Assembly (NCBI RefSeq): GCF_004010195.1
Contig: NC_057711.1
Coordinates: 81,831,549-81,895,548, forward strand
Source: Chiloscyllium plagiosum
Lineage: Eukaryota
Direction of reading: 5' to 3'
Length of the DNA stretch: 64,000 nucleotides
How positions within the stretch are numbered: the first letter of the stretch is position 1; the number at the start of each line of letters is the position of its first letter. Below the pieces are notes generated by a model. The model was not told where the DNA came from, made no database searches, and saw nothing but the letters and a program-made list of their open reading frames with translations. Made by a program: the position numbers and the translations under genes. Positions 10,860-24,156 of the stretch are shown one piece after another.

Positions 10860-12680
10860 TAAACTCCTCCTAAATGGCCTAGTATCACAGACATCAGTCT
10901 TCAGCCAATTTAAAAATTCCACATGCTCTCAATGACTAAAGCCACTGGACATTACAAAAGCTATGGGCCCTAGCATAATTTAAGCAATAGTAATACAGCA
11001 CAAGTCTTCTGAACTAGCCAATCTGTTCCAGTACAGCTGCAACATTACTATTTACCTGACAATGTGGAAAACTATCCAGTTATGTCAGGTCTACAAAAAA
11101 AAGCACAATTGAATGTGACTATTTCACACCCTAGCAGTCTGCTATCTGTCATTAGCAGAGTATTTAAGGTGTCATTGACAGTGCTGTCAAGCAACACTGG
11201 CTCAGCAATGATGTTCCCCAAAGCGCATTTGTATTCTACAAGGCTTACCGCAACAACAGACCCTATTACAGCCCTTGGTTAAAACTTAGATGTGAAATCC
11301 ATTTCAGACATGAAATGAGACCCTTGACATCAAGGGCACATCATTACTAGTGTGACATCAAGGACCAAGCAAAACTGATCTGTAAAGAAATCGAGGGCAA
11401 ATGTCACCGTAGGTAACAGGAGCAGAACTAGGCATTTGTCCCATTAAGTAATTTTTCCATATTTTTCCATAACTGGTTTTAACAGGTTTCCACTGTTGCT
11501 GGTACTTTCTGCAGATGGAGGTGGCTGTTGCTCATTGTTCTGAGGTTTTTGCCAGACAGTTTGAACAATTGCAAGTATGGAATACCGCAGGGAAACTACC
11601 AAGACATATCTGTTGACCCACGTAAGAGCTGTTCATTTTTAGAAACTTGGCCTCTCTTCCACAGTTACCTTCGGCACCCATTTTAAAGTTCAGTGACCCA
11701 TTTCATGAAAAATTGTTTTCCTTTTAACAGAGGTCCTATGTATTACATCAGCTATCAGTATTTGTAATAAGAGTGCATATTTTCATGACAGTGTCTCTTC
11801 AAAACGCAACCAGAGATGGGGATGCTTGTTGATAATTACAAAAATCAGGGCCATTTGCAATTCCTGAGATACTGAAGCAGTTTGCATCCCCACGCAGCAA
11901 GACCTTAATAACATTTAGGTTTTGTCTGATAAGTAGCAAGTAACATTCCCACTGCACATGGGCCCAGCTATGACCAACTTCAACGAGAAAGAATCTAATC
12001 ATCTCCTTTTGACATTCAAATAAAGTACTATTGCAGAACAATTCCACTATATTCATTCTGGAGAACACCACTGACCAGAATCTTAATGAGATCAGCCGTA
12101 TAAATACTGTGACTACAATTGTATATCAGAGCTTTGGAATGCTGCAGCATGCATCTCATTGCCTGATTCTCTAAAACCTGTCTACCATCTACAAGATAGA
12201 AGCTAGGAATGTAACAGAATATTTCTCCATTCCTGGTTGAGTACAGCCGCATTTGCACTCAAGCAGCTTGGCATACTTGACCAGGACCACATTCTTGTTC
12301 CTTAGATAGACGTCATGCACTTCACATGTGGCACACAATGATAGCAGTGTGCACCAGCCAAAAGATAAACTGCAAGATCACACCAAGGCTCCTTTGATAT
12401 CACCTCTAACCCATGACAAATACCACATAAAAGAACAAGAGTAGCAAATGCATAAGAATACCAACACCTGCAAATTATTCTCCAAGTCACACATCGTCCT
12501 GACTTGTAACCCTATTACTACTCACTATCATTAGGTCAAACGTCTGGTAGTCCCTCTCTAACAGCACTCTTGGTGTACCAACCACAAAACATGGACTGCA
12601 GGCTCACCGCCATTTCCACAAAGTTATTTATGGATTGCTAATAAATACTAGCAATGTTTATAGCACACAAATGAATAACA
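10860..12680 (+). mobile_element. Degenerate LINE (CR1/L2-clade, family B) RT and 3' end
   Basis: Decayed RT remnants and 3' tail shared with 30715-31240 and 36325-37035; interrupted at ~11410-11800 by unrelated sequence. Confidence 0.65.
11450..11740 (-). pseudogene. Possible decayed coding fragment (processed pseudogene piece) of unidentified gene
   Basis: One frame reads RKTIFHEMGH*TLKWVPKVTVEERPSF*K*TALTWVNRYVLVVSLRYSILAIVQTVWQKPQNNEQQPPPSAESTSNSGNLLKPVMEKYGKIT; protein-like, stops explainable by single C>T changes; sits inside a LINE remnant. Confidence 0.35.
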
Positions 12681-13496
12681 GAACTGCTCAAAATATGAAA
12701 CAAGGAATTTCTCATAGTATTGCTCATGATCTGTCAGTTGAAAGGCTGTTTGTTTACAAAGATAGAACTTATAAACATCGTAACACTCAATGCATTACTC
12801 TTCTAATATAGAACTAAGTCCACCTTAACATTGACAAGCTCAAATCATGATTAAGCATGCAGAGACTTAAATAATTTGGTTAGACACGCAGATACTGGAA
12901 CACACTGCCAATTTCATGATGGATCATTCTAGAAATCTTGAAATGAAAAATGCAACATTTATTCTCTGTCAGAGATTACTTTACTGTTTTCAAGGCTTTA
13001 TTTAAAAAAGGTCAATAAACATGGGATTAAAAAAACATTAAATTCAGATGGCTCTCAATAAATGCTGTAAAAACATGAGTAAAAGTTCATCTTATAGAAG
13101 GTTAGTGAAGAAAAGCTGAATAGTAGTGAATTCATTATTTATCCATCGCTACACTTACAAATAAATTAGCTAAAACAGAAATTGTAATGTACTTTTTCAC
13201 TTTGAGTTGAGTTTTAATCCAGGAAACCACTCTGGTTAGTTAACAGGCAGCCATGGATTGAGATTCCTGGATCTCTCCTATCTGTCATAGTGGAAATGAA
13301 TAAGAAGGACTTGCAGGAAAATGGTATGGAACAAATTTTGCAAGTGTTTCATTGGCTATGTGGAGATAAAAAAAATCATCTGCTCCTTTTTAGTGCAGAG
13401 GTTGCAATTCACACCATACAGGTGCCAGATCCATCAGGATGTGGACAGCACACAAGTTTTCCAACCTCAGTTTCCTGGTTCTACTGTGGGCTAAGC

Positions 13497-16150
13497 TAGT
13501 CATAGAATATAAAAATGTACAGCGCAGAACAGGCCCTTTGGCCCACGATGTTGTGCTGAGGGTTAATCCTAATGTAAAATAAAATAACTTAACCTATGCA
13601 CCCCTCAATTCAGTGCTATGCATGTGCATGTCCAGCAGTCGCTTAAATATCCCTAATGACTCTGCTTCCACCACCACCGCTAGCAGCGCATTCCATGCAT
13701 TCACAACTCTGTGAAAAGAACCTTCCTCTGACATCCCCTCTATGCCTTTCTCCTAATAACTTAAAACTATGAACCCTCATAACAGTCAATCCTGCCTTGG
13801 TGAAAAGTCTCTGACTATTGACTCTAAGCATTCCTCTTCATTATCTTGTATACCTTGATCAGGTCACCTCTCTTCCTCCTTCTCTCCAGAGAGAAAAGTC
13901 CAAGCTTATTCAATCTCTCTTCATAAAGCAAGCCCTCCAGTCAAGGCAGCATCCTAGTAAACCTTCTTTGCACCCTCTCCAAAGCCTCTGTATCTTTCCT
14001 ATAGTAGGGTGACCAGAACTGGACACAATATTCCAAGTGTGATCTCACCAGGGAATTGTAGAGCTGTAGCAAAACCTTGTGGCTTTTGAACTCGATCACC
14101 CTGTTAATGAAAGCCAAAACACCATAGGCTTTTTTTTTTAAAACAACCCTATCCGGTTGGTTGGCAACTTTGAGGGAACTATATACTTGCACACCAAGAT
14201 CCCGCTGTTCCTCCACACTGCCAAGAATCGTGGTTAGCTCTGCTGCCTCACAGCACCAGGGTTCCAGGTTCAATTCCAGCCTTGGGCGACTGTCTGTGTG
14301 GGGTTTGCACATTCTCCCTGTGTCTGCGTGGGTTTCCTCCAGGTGCTCCGGTTTCCTCCCACATTTCAAACGATATGCAGTTCAGGTGAATTGGCCATGC
14401 TAAATTGTCCATAATTGTTAGGTGCATTAGTCAGAGTGAGGTGGGTTACTCTTTGGAGAGTCGGTGTGGACTTGTTGGGTCGAAGGGCCTGTTTCCACAC
14501 TGTAGGAAATCTAATCCAATTTAATCAGTCCTGTCTTTAATCCTATATTCAGCATTCGGGTTCGACCTTCCAAAATGCATCACTTCACATTTATCCAGGT
14601 TGAACTCCTTCTGCCATTTCTCAGCCCAGCTCTGCATCCTGCCTATGTCATGCTGCAGCCTGCAGTAGCCCTCTACACTATCAACGACACTTCCAACCTT
14701 TGTGTATCTGCAAATTTACTAATCCACCCCTCAACCAAGTCATTTATAAAAACTACAAAGAGCAGAGGCCCAAGAACAGAGCCCTGCAGGACCCCACTCA
14801 ACATTGTCCTCCAGGCAGAATACTTTCCATCTACAACCACTCTGTCTTCTGTCAGCCAACCAACTCTGAATCCAGATCGCCAAATCTCCCGGTATCCCAT
14901 ACTTCCTGACTTTATGAATGGCCCTATCATGGGTAACCTTATCAAATGCCTTGCTGAAGTCCATATACACCACATCCACTGTTCTACCTTCATAGACCTG
15001 TCTCCTCACCTCCTCAAAGTACTCAATAAGATTTGTTAGGCATGACCACCCCTCACAAAGCCATGCTGACTGCCTTCAATCACGCTATGCTTTGCCAAAT
15101 AGTCATAAATCCTATCCCTCAGAATTCTTTCCAAAACTTTGCTGACCACAGACGTAAGACTGACTGCTCTGTAATGGCCAGGGATGTCCCTATTACCCTT
15201 CTTGAAAAGAGGAAAAACATTCGCCTTCTTCCAGTCCTCCGGTACGGCTCCTGTGGAGAGTGAGGAGGCAAAGATCTTAGTCAATGGCTTAGCAACATCC
15301 TTTCTTGCTTCCTGGAGCAGCCTAGGATAAATCTGGCCTGGCCCTGGGGACTTATCAATCTTAATGTTTTCCAAAATCTCCAGCACATCAACTTCATCAA
15401 TTTTGATCTTGTCAAGACTGTATCCCAGCTCCTCAAAGTTCTTATTCACAACAAGGTCCCTTTCCTTAGTGAAAATCGAAGCAAAAAGCTCATTTATGGC
15501 TTCCCCTATCTGCTCAGCCTTCACGCACAAGTTCCCTACGCTATCCCTGATCGGCCCTACCTTCTCCCTGAGCATTCCCTTATTCCTCATGTACGAGTAA
15601 AATGCCTTTGGGTTCTTTCTAATCCTTCTGGCCAAGCCTTTTTCGTGTCCCCTCCTGGCTCTCCTCAGTCCATTTCTGAGCTCCTTCCTAGCAAGTCTGT
15701 AATCCTCTAAAGCTGTGCTAGATCCTTGCTTCCTCCACCTTACGTAAGCTGCCTTCTTCCATTTGACGAGAAGCTCCTCTGTTCTCGTCATCCAAGGTTT
15801 CTTAATCTTACCCTTTCTTACCTGTCTCGGAGGAACAAATTTGTGCATCATTCAAACAACTACTCCTTAAATAGTCTCCACCTGTCTGCTGTGCCCTTTC
15901 TGTGGAACACTTGCTTCCAGTCTGTTCTTCCCAACTCCTGTCTGATAGTAGCATAATTTCCTTTCCCCCAATTAAATATCTTCCCTCGGTAACTGCTCCT
16001 TTCCCTCTCCAAGGCTACAGAGAATGTGAGGCAGTTGTGATCACTGTCACCAAAGTGTTCTCCCACTGCAAGATCTGATACCTGTTCTAGTTCATTGCCA
16101 AACACCAAATCCAAAATGGCTTCTCCCCTCGTCGGTCTGACTACATGGTC
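13497..16150 (-). mobile_element. 5'-truncated CR1 LINE
   Basis: ORF2 pieces with [61 protein letters not shown]. Confidence 0.95.
14229..14520 (+). mobile_element. HE1-like tRNA-derived V-SINE nested in CR1
   Basis: B-box GGTTCAATTCC, core GTGTCTGCGTGGGTTTCCTCC, tail GAAGGGCCTGTTTCCACACTGTA-AATCT. Confidence 0.85.
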
Positions 16151-16864
16151 CCTCACTGCTAGCTTCCTTGTCATACTGCCTGTAGTCTTTGACTCATCCA
16201 GTCTGCATTTCTTATGGTTATGGGTATCCCTGTCACAGGATACTGCACTAAATTAATTTAAAAGGAACTTAAATGGAACACTAGGGAAGAGAAAGGATAC
16301 CAGGATGCCAACAGCTCATGCTCAGTCGTGCCACAGTGGACAGTTAGTATGCTGCAGGAAAAACATTCAATGGAGCCCCAGATTTGCAGAGCAACACAGG
16401 CTAGAAATAAGTAATCTGGCTGAGGGCACAGAGGATTGAGGCAAGAAATGGATCAGCAGCAAGAGGTCAGTGATTCTCAGCATTCTGCAGCGAAGCTTAT
16501 ACCATGGACGATCACTGGACAGGCAACAGCAAGATCAGTCTGGCAGATTCACTAGGGAGTAGCCAGGGTTGACCCAGTGGGGGCTGAGGGGATCAATTTG
16601 AAAGTGCAAAGGTAGGTCTTATACCAGTTCACTCTGTTCACACTGGCAACTGCCCAGCCCCCAGATCTTTGCACCAGCATTCCCTTAACTGTAGGGTCAG
16701 TGGCACAGCCCCACTAGGATGAAACCCTTAATTGGTCTTGAGAGCATTCCCATTTTGCAAGGAGTGGGAAGACAGCAAGATCACAATTGGCACCTTCCCT
16801 CCCAATCACCTGCACCCTGCTTCCAAACACATCTCAAGAAGGGGCATTTAATTCTGTTCCAAGT

Positions 16865-17140
16865 GTTTTTTATTATTCATTCCTGTGGTGTGAGCATTAC
16901 TGCTAAGGCTAGCATTTGTCACCTAATTACTCTAGAAACTGAGTGATGTTCTAGGCCAGTTCAGCAAATGATAGAGTCAAGCACATTATTGTAGGTTGGG
17001 AATAACATACAGTCCAGGCTGGATAAAGATGGCAGATTTCCTTCCCTAAAAACATTAGTGAAAGGGAGTGGGCATCTAGAACAATCCAAAACATCTATTG
17101 ATCATTATTATTAGTAAGATTGGTATTTAATTCCAAATTA
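16865..17140 (-). mobile_element. Second tRNA-derived SINE family (short form), old copy
   Basis: Shares core GGCAGATTTCCTTCCCTAAA..CATTAGTGAA with 20030-20230 and 53930-54170. Confidence 0.55.
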
Positions 17141-17149
17141 ATTGAACAT

Positions 17150-20010
17150 GACATAGAAACTTGGATAAGTACTGGGCCGTGTGGCCCTTCAAGCCTGCTC
17201 CACAATTCAAGATTAACATGGTTGATCCTTCATCTCAATGCTATATCCCTGCTTTCTCCCAATACCCCTTGATGCATTTCATAATTTTTTTAAAAAATCC
17301 ATATTATTCTTGAATTTATTCAGTGACTTAGTTTCCACAGTCTTCTGTGGTAGACAATTCAACAGACTCATTACCCTTTGAGTGAAAAATCTTTTCTTCA
17401 TTTCAGTCCTAAATAGTCTACCCCATATTCTGAGACTGCATCCCTGGATTTTAGACTGCCCATTCAGGGAAAACATCCCCCCTTTCGATGCTGTCCAGCC
17501 CTGCTAGAATTTAAAAAGTTTCAATGAGATCCCCTTTCATCCTTCTAAACTCTAGTGAATACAGGTCCAGTCAAACCAATCTCTCCTCATAGTCCTGCCA
17601 TCCCCAGTATCAATCTGGTGAACCTCTGTTGTCCTCTCTCTGTGGCAACTCTATCCTCTCTTAGGTAGGGAGACCAAAACTGTATACACTATTCCGGGTG
17701 TGGTCTCATCAAGGCCCTGTATAATTGCAGTAAGACATTACTATTCTGATTACTAATCCTCTTACAAAGAAGGCCAACAAACCTTTTGCCATCCCAATTA
17801 CTTGCTGGAGGTGCCTCACTATTTTGAAAGAGCAAAGAACAGTTACAGCACAGGAACAGGCCTTTTGGTTCACCAAGAGACATAATGGCTTTATGAGCTA
17901 AAAATGTTTTGCCTCTACACAGTCCACATACATCCATTCCCTATCTATTCATCTTTCTGTCAAGATGCATCTTAAACATTGTTATTGCTAGTACCTCTGG
18001 CAGTGGATTTCCCTCTGTGTAAAAATCTTACTTCTTAGCTCTCCTTTAAAGTTACTCCCTTTTATCTTAAACCCATGTTCCCTAATGACTGACATTTCTA
18101 TACTGGGGGAGCAAACAAAAAAAAAGTCCACTATTCATTTTATCCATGCTTCTCAAAATTTTGTAAGTTTCCATCAGGTCGCTCCTCATCCTTCAGTGTT
18201 TACGTGAAAACAAACCAAGTTTGTCCAATGTCTCCGCATAGTTAATATGCCCCAAACCAGGCAACATCTCAGTAAACCATTTCTGTACCCCTTCCGAAGC
18301 CTCACATCCATCTTGTGGTGACCAGAAGTGTACACAATATTCCAAATGTGTCCTAACTAAAGTTCTACATAGTTGCAATATGACGTGTCATTTTTGTATA
18401 CTCTATTCCCCGACCAATGAAGGCAAACATGCTATATGTCTTCTTAACCACATTATCCACTTGTGTTGCCAATTTCAGGGAACTGTGGACCTGTACACCT
18501 GAGTCCCTCTGTATGGTTATGCTACTAAGGTTTCTACCATTTACTGTAGACTTCCCTCCTACAGTAGGTCTTCCATGATGCATCATCTCACATTTGTCCA
18601 GATTAAATTGCATCTGTCATTTCTCCACCCAAATTTCGTTGACTGATGTACAAGGACACCCAGATTATTTTATAAATCTTTATTTCCTAATATATCACCA
18701 TTTAAATATTACTCTGTTTTCTGTTTTTAAGACCAAAGTGCATAGCTTCACATTTAGCCACAACGTATTGCATCTGCCAACTGTTTGTCCACTCACTCAA
18801 CATGTCTAAATGATCTTGAAGCCTCTTTGTATCCTTCTCACAGCACACAATCTTATCCAATTTTGTGTCATCAGTGAATCTGGAAATAATGTATTTCCAC
18901 TCGGTTTCCTGCCTGCCGACTAATTCTCTATTCATGCCAATATATTATTTCACTTGATCAATGCCTTGTGTTTTAATTTTGCCCACTAATGTCTCTTGTG
19001 GGACTTTACCAAAAGCCTTGTTAAAATCCAAATGCACTGGTTCCCCTGATCCATTCTCCAAATTACATCTTCAAAAAACTTCCAAAAGGTTGTTTAGCAG
19101 GACTTTCCTTTCATAAATCCATGCTGGGTTTGCCCAATCCCTTTAATGCTTTTCAACTGTTGTTATCATATCTTTTATGATAAATATAGCATTTTCCCCA
19201 CACCTGATGTTACATTAACTAGTCTGGAATCTGTACTTTTTTCTCTCCCTTTTTAGATACAGCAGTTACATTTGTCAGCTTCCAATCTGTATGAACTGCT
19301 CCAGGGTATACATAATTTTGGAAAATGAAAACCAATATATCCACTATTTCCAGGGCCACTTTCTTTAGTTTTCTGGGATGTAAGTTATCAGCTTTTAACA
19401 CTATTAATTGCGCCAGCATCATTTTCTTACAAATACTGATTTTCTTCAATTTCTCCCTCTCATTAGATGCTTGGGTTCCTAACATCTCTCGAAGGATATT
19501 AGTGCCCTCTTCTGTGAAAACAAAACCAAAGTACATGTTCAATTTTTCTGCCTTTCCTATGCTCCCCATTATAATTTCCCTGGTTTCTGACTGTAAGGGA
19601 CCAACATTTGATTTTTCTCTCACGTATTTGTAGAAGTGGTTCCTGTCAGTTTTTGTGTCCCCTACAATTTTACTCTATTTTTTCCCCTCTTATCAAACAT
19701 TTTCCCTCTTTTGCTCCCAATTCTCAGGTTTGTGCTTTTTCTGGCAATATTTCCTCTTTGGATCTAATATTATCACTAATTACATTTGTAAACCATTATT
19801 GAGCCACCTTTATCTTATTTTTGTGACAGATAGAAATGAATTATCATTGCAATCAGTGCACACATTCTTTAAACATTAGTCTATCTATCATCACACTATT
19901 TAGTAAGGTTCCACAATCTATCCTGGTCAATTTGTGCTTCTTCGTAGTTCCCTTTATTTAGATTCATGACCCAGCTTTAGGATTCGACTATATCACTCTC
20001 CATCTTAACA
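17150..20010 (-). mobile_element. Old CR1 LINE with a second CR1 3' fragment nested at ~17830-18625
   Basis: ORF2 remnants (VGPLQSETREI, LHPRKLKKVA, SRFTDDTKL, KCEAMHFG; nested MQFNLDKCEMMH, LEYCVHFWSP). Confidence 0.85.
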
Positions 20011-20029
20011 AAGAAATCTATTTTTTTAA

Positions 20030-20230
20030 AATTAATTCATGGGGATGATGGCACCACTGGCTAGGCCAGCATTTGTTGTCCATCCCTAAATACCCAGAGG
20101 GTAATTGAGAGTCAACCACATTTCTATGGGTCTGGAGTCACATGTAGGCCAGACCAGGTAATGATGGCAGTTTCCTTTCTTAAAAGACATGAGTGAACCA
20201 GGTGTGTATTTCACACAATTGAAAAATTGT
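20030..20230 (-). mobile_element. Second SINE family (short form) with LINE-B-like 3' tail
   Basis: Minus strand ends AGGGATGGACAACAAATGCTGGCCTAGCCAGTGGTGCCATCATCCCCATGAAT, matching LINE tails at ~31190-31235 and ~36975-37030. Confidence 0.65.
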
Positions 20231-20339
20231 TAATCCTGAGACCCAAATAATGTTCTGGGGACCCAAATTCACATCCTCCCATGGTAGATGGTGAAATTTT
20301 AAATCATAGAACATAGAACATTACAGCTCAGTACAGGCC

Positions 20340-20820
20340 NNNNNNNNNNNNNNNNNNNNNNNNNNNNNNNNNNNNNNNNNNNNNNNNNNNNNNNNNNNNN
20401 NNNNNNNNNNNNNNNNNNNNNNNNNNNNNNNNNNNNNNNNNNNNNNNNNNNNNNNNNNNNNNNNNNNNNNNNNNNNNNNNNNNNNNNNNNNNNNNNNNNN
20501 NNNNNNNNNNNNNNNNNNNNNNNNNNNNNNNNNNNNNNNNNNNNNNNNNNNNNNNNNNNNNNNNNNNNNNNNNNNNNNNNNNNNNNNNNNNNNNNNNNNN
20601 NNNNNNNNNNNNNNNNNNNNNNNNNNNNNNNNNNNNNNNNNNNNNNNNNNNNNNNNNNNNNNNNNNNNNNNNNNNNNNNNNNNNNNNNNNNNNNNNNNNN
20701 NNNNNNNNNNNNNNNNNNNNNNNNNNNNNNNNNNNNNNNNNNNNNNNNNNNNNNNNNNNNNNNNNNNNNNNNNNNNNNNNNNNNNNNNNNNNNNNNNNNN
20801 NNNNNNNNNNNNNNNNNNNN
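20340..20820. other. Assembly gap
   Basis: Run of N inside CR1. Confidence 1.
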
Positions 20821-22636
20821 AGCTTCCACATCCTTCTTATAATGTGGTGACTAGAACTGTACACAATACTCCAAGTGTGGCCGTACCAGAGCTTTGTACA
20901 GCTGCAGCATAACCTCCTGGTTCCGGAACTCAATCCCTCTATTAATAAAGGCCAAAACACTGTATGCCTTCTTAACAACCCTATCAATCTGGTTGGCAAC
21001 TTTCGGGATCTGTGTACATGGACACTGAGATCTCTCTGCTCATCTGCACTCCCAAGAATCCTACCATTAGCCCAGTACTTTGCATTCCGATTACTCCGCC
21101 AAAGTGTATCACCTCACATTTGTCCACATTAAACTCCATTTGCCACCTCTCAGCCCAGCTCTGCATCCTATCCATGTGTCTCTGCAACCTACAACATCCT
21201 TCGTCACTATCCACAACTCCACTGACCTTAGTGTCATCCGCAAATTTACTAACCCACCCTTCTAAGCCCTCATCCAGTCCATTTATAAAAATGATGAACA
21301 GCAGTGGACCCAACACTGACCCCTGTGGTACACCACTAGTAACTGGACACCAGGATGAACATGTTCCATCAACTACAACCCTCTGTTTTCTTTCAGCAAG
21401 CCAATTACTGATCCAAACTGCTAAGTCTCCCACAATCACATTCCTCCGCATTTTGTATAATAGCCTACTGTGGGGAACCTTATCGAACGCCTTGCTGAAA
21501 TCCATATACACCACATCAACCGGTTTACTCTCATCTACCTGTTTGGTCATTTAGTCAAAAAAGTCAATAAGATTCGTTAGGCATGACCCTCCCTTCACAA
21601 AACCGTGCTGACGGTCCCTGATCAGGTTATTCTTTTCTAGATGGTTATAAATCCTATCTCTTATAACCTTTTCCAAAACTTTACCAACAACTGAAGTGAG
21701 ACTCACTGGTCTGTAATTACCAGGGGTGTCTCTACTACCCTTTTTGAACAAGGGAACCACATTTGCTATCCTCCAGTCCTCAGGCACTATTCCTGTAGAC
21801 AATGATGATTTGAAGATCAATGCCAAAGGCTTGGCAATCTCTTCCCTTGCTTCCCAGAGGATCCTAGGATAGATCCCATCCGGCCCAGGGGACTTGTCTA
21901 CTTTCACATGCTGCAGTATTTCTAATACCTCTTCCTTGTGAACCTCAATCTCTTCTAGTCTAGATGCAAGTATCTCTGTATCTTCCTCGCCAACATTTTC
22001 ATTTTCTACAGTGAACACTGTCGAAAAATGTTTTATTTAGTGCTTCCCCTATCTCCTCTGACTCCACACACAACTTCCCATTATTATCCTTGATTGGTCC
22101 TAATTTAACTCTCGTCATTCTTTTATTGCTGACATACCTATGGAAAGCCTTAGGGTTAACACTGATCCTATCCACCAACAACTTTTCATGTCCCCTCCTG
22201 GCTCTTCTGACCTCTCTTTTTAGGTCTTTCCTGACTTCCTTGTAACCCTCAAGCGCCCTAACAGTTTTCACATTTTGTCCTAACATAAGCCTTCTTCTTC
22301 TTGACCAGCGATTCCACTTCCTTAGTAAACCACGGCTCACGCATTCTATATCTTCCTCCCTGCCTGACAGGTATATACTAATCTAGGACACACAGGAGCT
22401 TTTCCTTGAATAAGCTCCACATTTTTAATGTGCTCATCCCCTGCAGTTTCCTTCCCCATTCTACGCTTCCTAAATCTTTCCTAATTGCATTGTAATTTCC
22501 CTTCCCCCAGCTGTAACTCTTGCTTGGTGGAGTACACCTATTCCTTTCCATCACTAAAGTAAACCTGGCAGAATTGTGATCGCTGTCTCCAAAGTGCTCA
22601 CCTACTTCCAAATCTAACACCTGGCCAGGCTCGTTA

Positions 22637-23598
22637 NNNNNNNNNNNNNNNNNNNNNNNNNNNNNNNNNNNNNNNNNNNNNNNNNNNNNNNNNNNNNNNN
22701 NNNNNNNNNNNNNNNNNNNNNNNNNNNNNNNNNNNNNNNNNNNNNNNNNNNNNNNNNNNNNNNNNNNNNNNNNNNNNNNNNNNNNNNNNNNNNNNNNNNN
22801 NNNNNNNNNNNNNNNNNNNNNNNNNNNNNNNNNNNNNNNNNNNNNNNNNNNNNNNNNNNNNNNNNNNNNNNNNNNNNNNNNNNNNNNNNNNNNNNNNNNN
22901 NNNNNNNNNNNNNNNNNNNNNNNNNNNNNNNNNNNNNNNNNNNNNNNNNNNNNNNNNNNNNNNNNNNNNNNNNNNNNNNNNNNNNNNNNNNNNNNNNNNN
23001 NNNNNNNNNNNNNNNNNNNNNNNNNNNNNNNNNNNNNNNNNNNNNNNNNNNNNNNNNNNNNNNNNNNNNNNNNNNNNNNNNNNNNNNNNNNNNNNNNNNN
23101 NNNNNNNNNNNNNNNNNNNNNNNNNNNNNNNNNNNNNNNNNNNNNNNNNNNNNNNNNNNNNNNNNNNNNNNNNNNNNNNNNNNNNNNNNNNNNNNNNNNN
23201 NNNNNNNNNNNNNNNNNNNNNNNNNNNNNNNNNNNNNNNNNNNNNNNNNNNNNNNNNNNNNNNNNNNNNNNNNNNNNNNNNNNNNNNNNNNNNNNNNNNN
23301 NNNNNNNNNNNNNNNNNNNNNNNNNNNNNNNNNNNNNNNNNNNNNNNNNNNNNNNNNNNNNNNNNNNNNNNNNNNNNNNNNNNNNNNNNNNNNNNNNNNN
23401 NNNNNNNNNNNNNNNNNNNNNNNNNNNNNNNNNNNNNNNNNNNNNNNNNNNNNNNNNNNNNNNNNNNNNNNNNNNNNNNNNNNNNNNNNNNNNNNNNNNN
23501 NNNNNNNNNNNNNNNNNNNNNNNNNNNNNNNNNNNNNNNNNNNNNNNNNNNNNNNNNNNNNNNNNNNNNNNNNNNNNNNNNNNNNNNNNNNNNNNNNN
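22637..23598. other. Assembly gap
   Basis: Run of N inside CR1. Confidence 1.
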
Positions 23599-24156
23599 AC
23601 CACGACTTGGGGCTGCTCTCCCTCCCTCCCTCCCCCCCCCGCCGAAGGATCCCAAAAACACAGACATCATGGACCCTGGCACCCGGGAGGTAACAGACCA
23701 ACCGTGAGTCTTTCTCGTCCCCACAGAATCTCCTATCTGTCCCCCTAACTATTGAGTCCTCAATGACTACTGCTCTGCTCCTCTTCCCCCTTCCCTTCTG
23801 AGCAGCAGGTGCCCCACTGCTTTCCCCTGCTAAGTCATCCCCTCCAACAATATCCAAAACGATATACTTATTGTTGAGGGGAATGGCCACAGGGGATTCC
23901 TGCACTGCCTGCCGGTTCCCTTTCTGTCCCCTAACTGTCACCCATCTGTCTTTTTCTTTTATCTGGGGAGTGACTACCTCTCTGTAAGTCCTGTCAATAA
24001 CCCCCTCTGCCTCCCTAATGATCCGAAGTTCATCCAACTCCAGCTCCAGTTCCCTAACGCGGTGTTGGGTGTACTTCCCACAGATGTAGTTAGCAGGGAC
24101 ACTAGTGGTGACCCTTACTTCCCACATTCTGCAGGAGGAACATTCCACTGCCCTAC

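Larger units (their letters stand above)
20305..24156 (-). mobile_element. Young, near full-length CR1 LINE (ORF1 zinc finger + SGNH esterase, ORF2 APE-RT), disrupted, two gaps
   Basis: ORF1 VECSSCRMWEV..YICGK, RAVVIEDSIVRGTDRRFCG, VCYLPGARV; ORF2 [57 protein letters not shown] tail at 20305-20320; stop at 21551-21553 and frameshifts. Confidence 0.95.

Noticed and set aside
21012..21554. 180-aa plus-strand ORF and similar ones at 14575, 49207, 49930
   Set aside because: Antisense shadows of CR1 RT.
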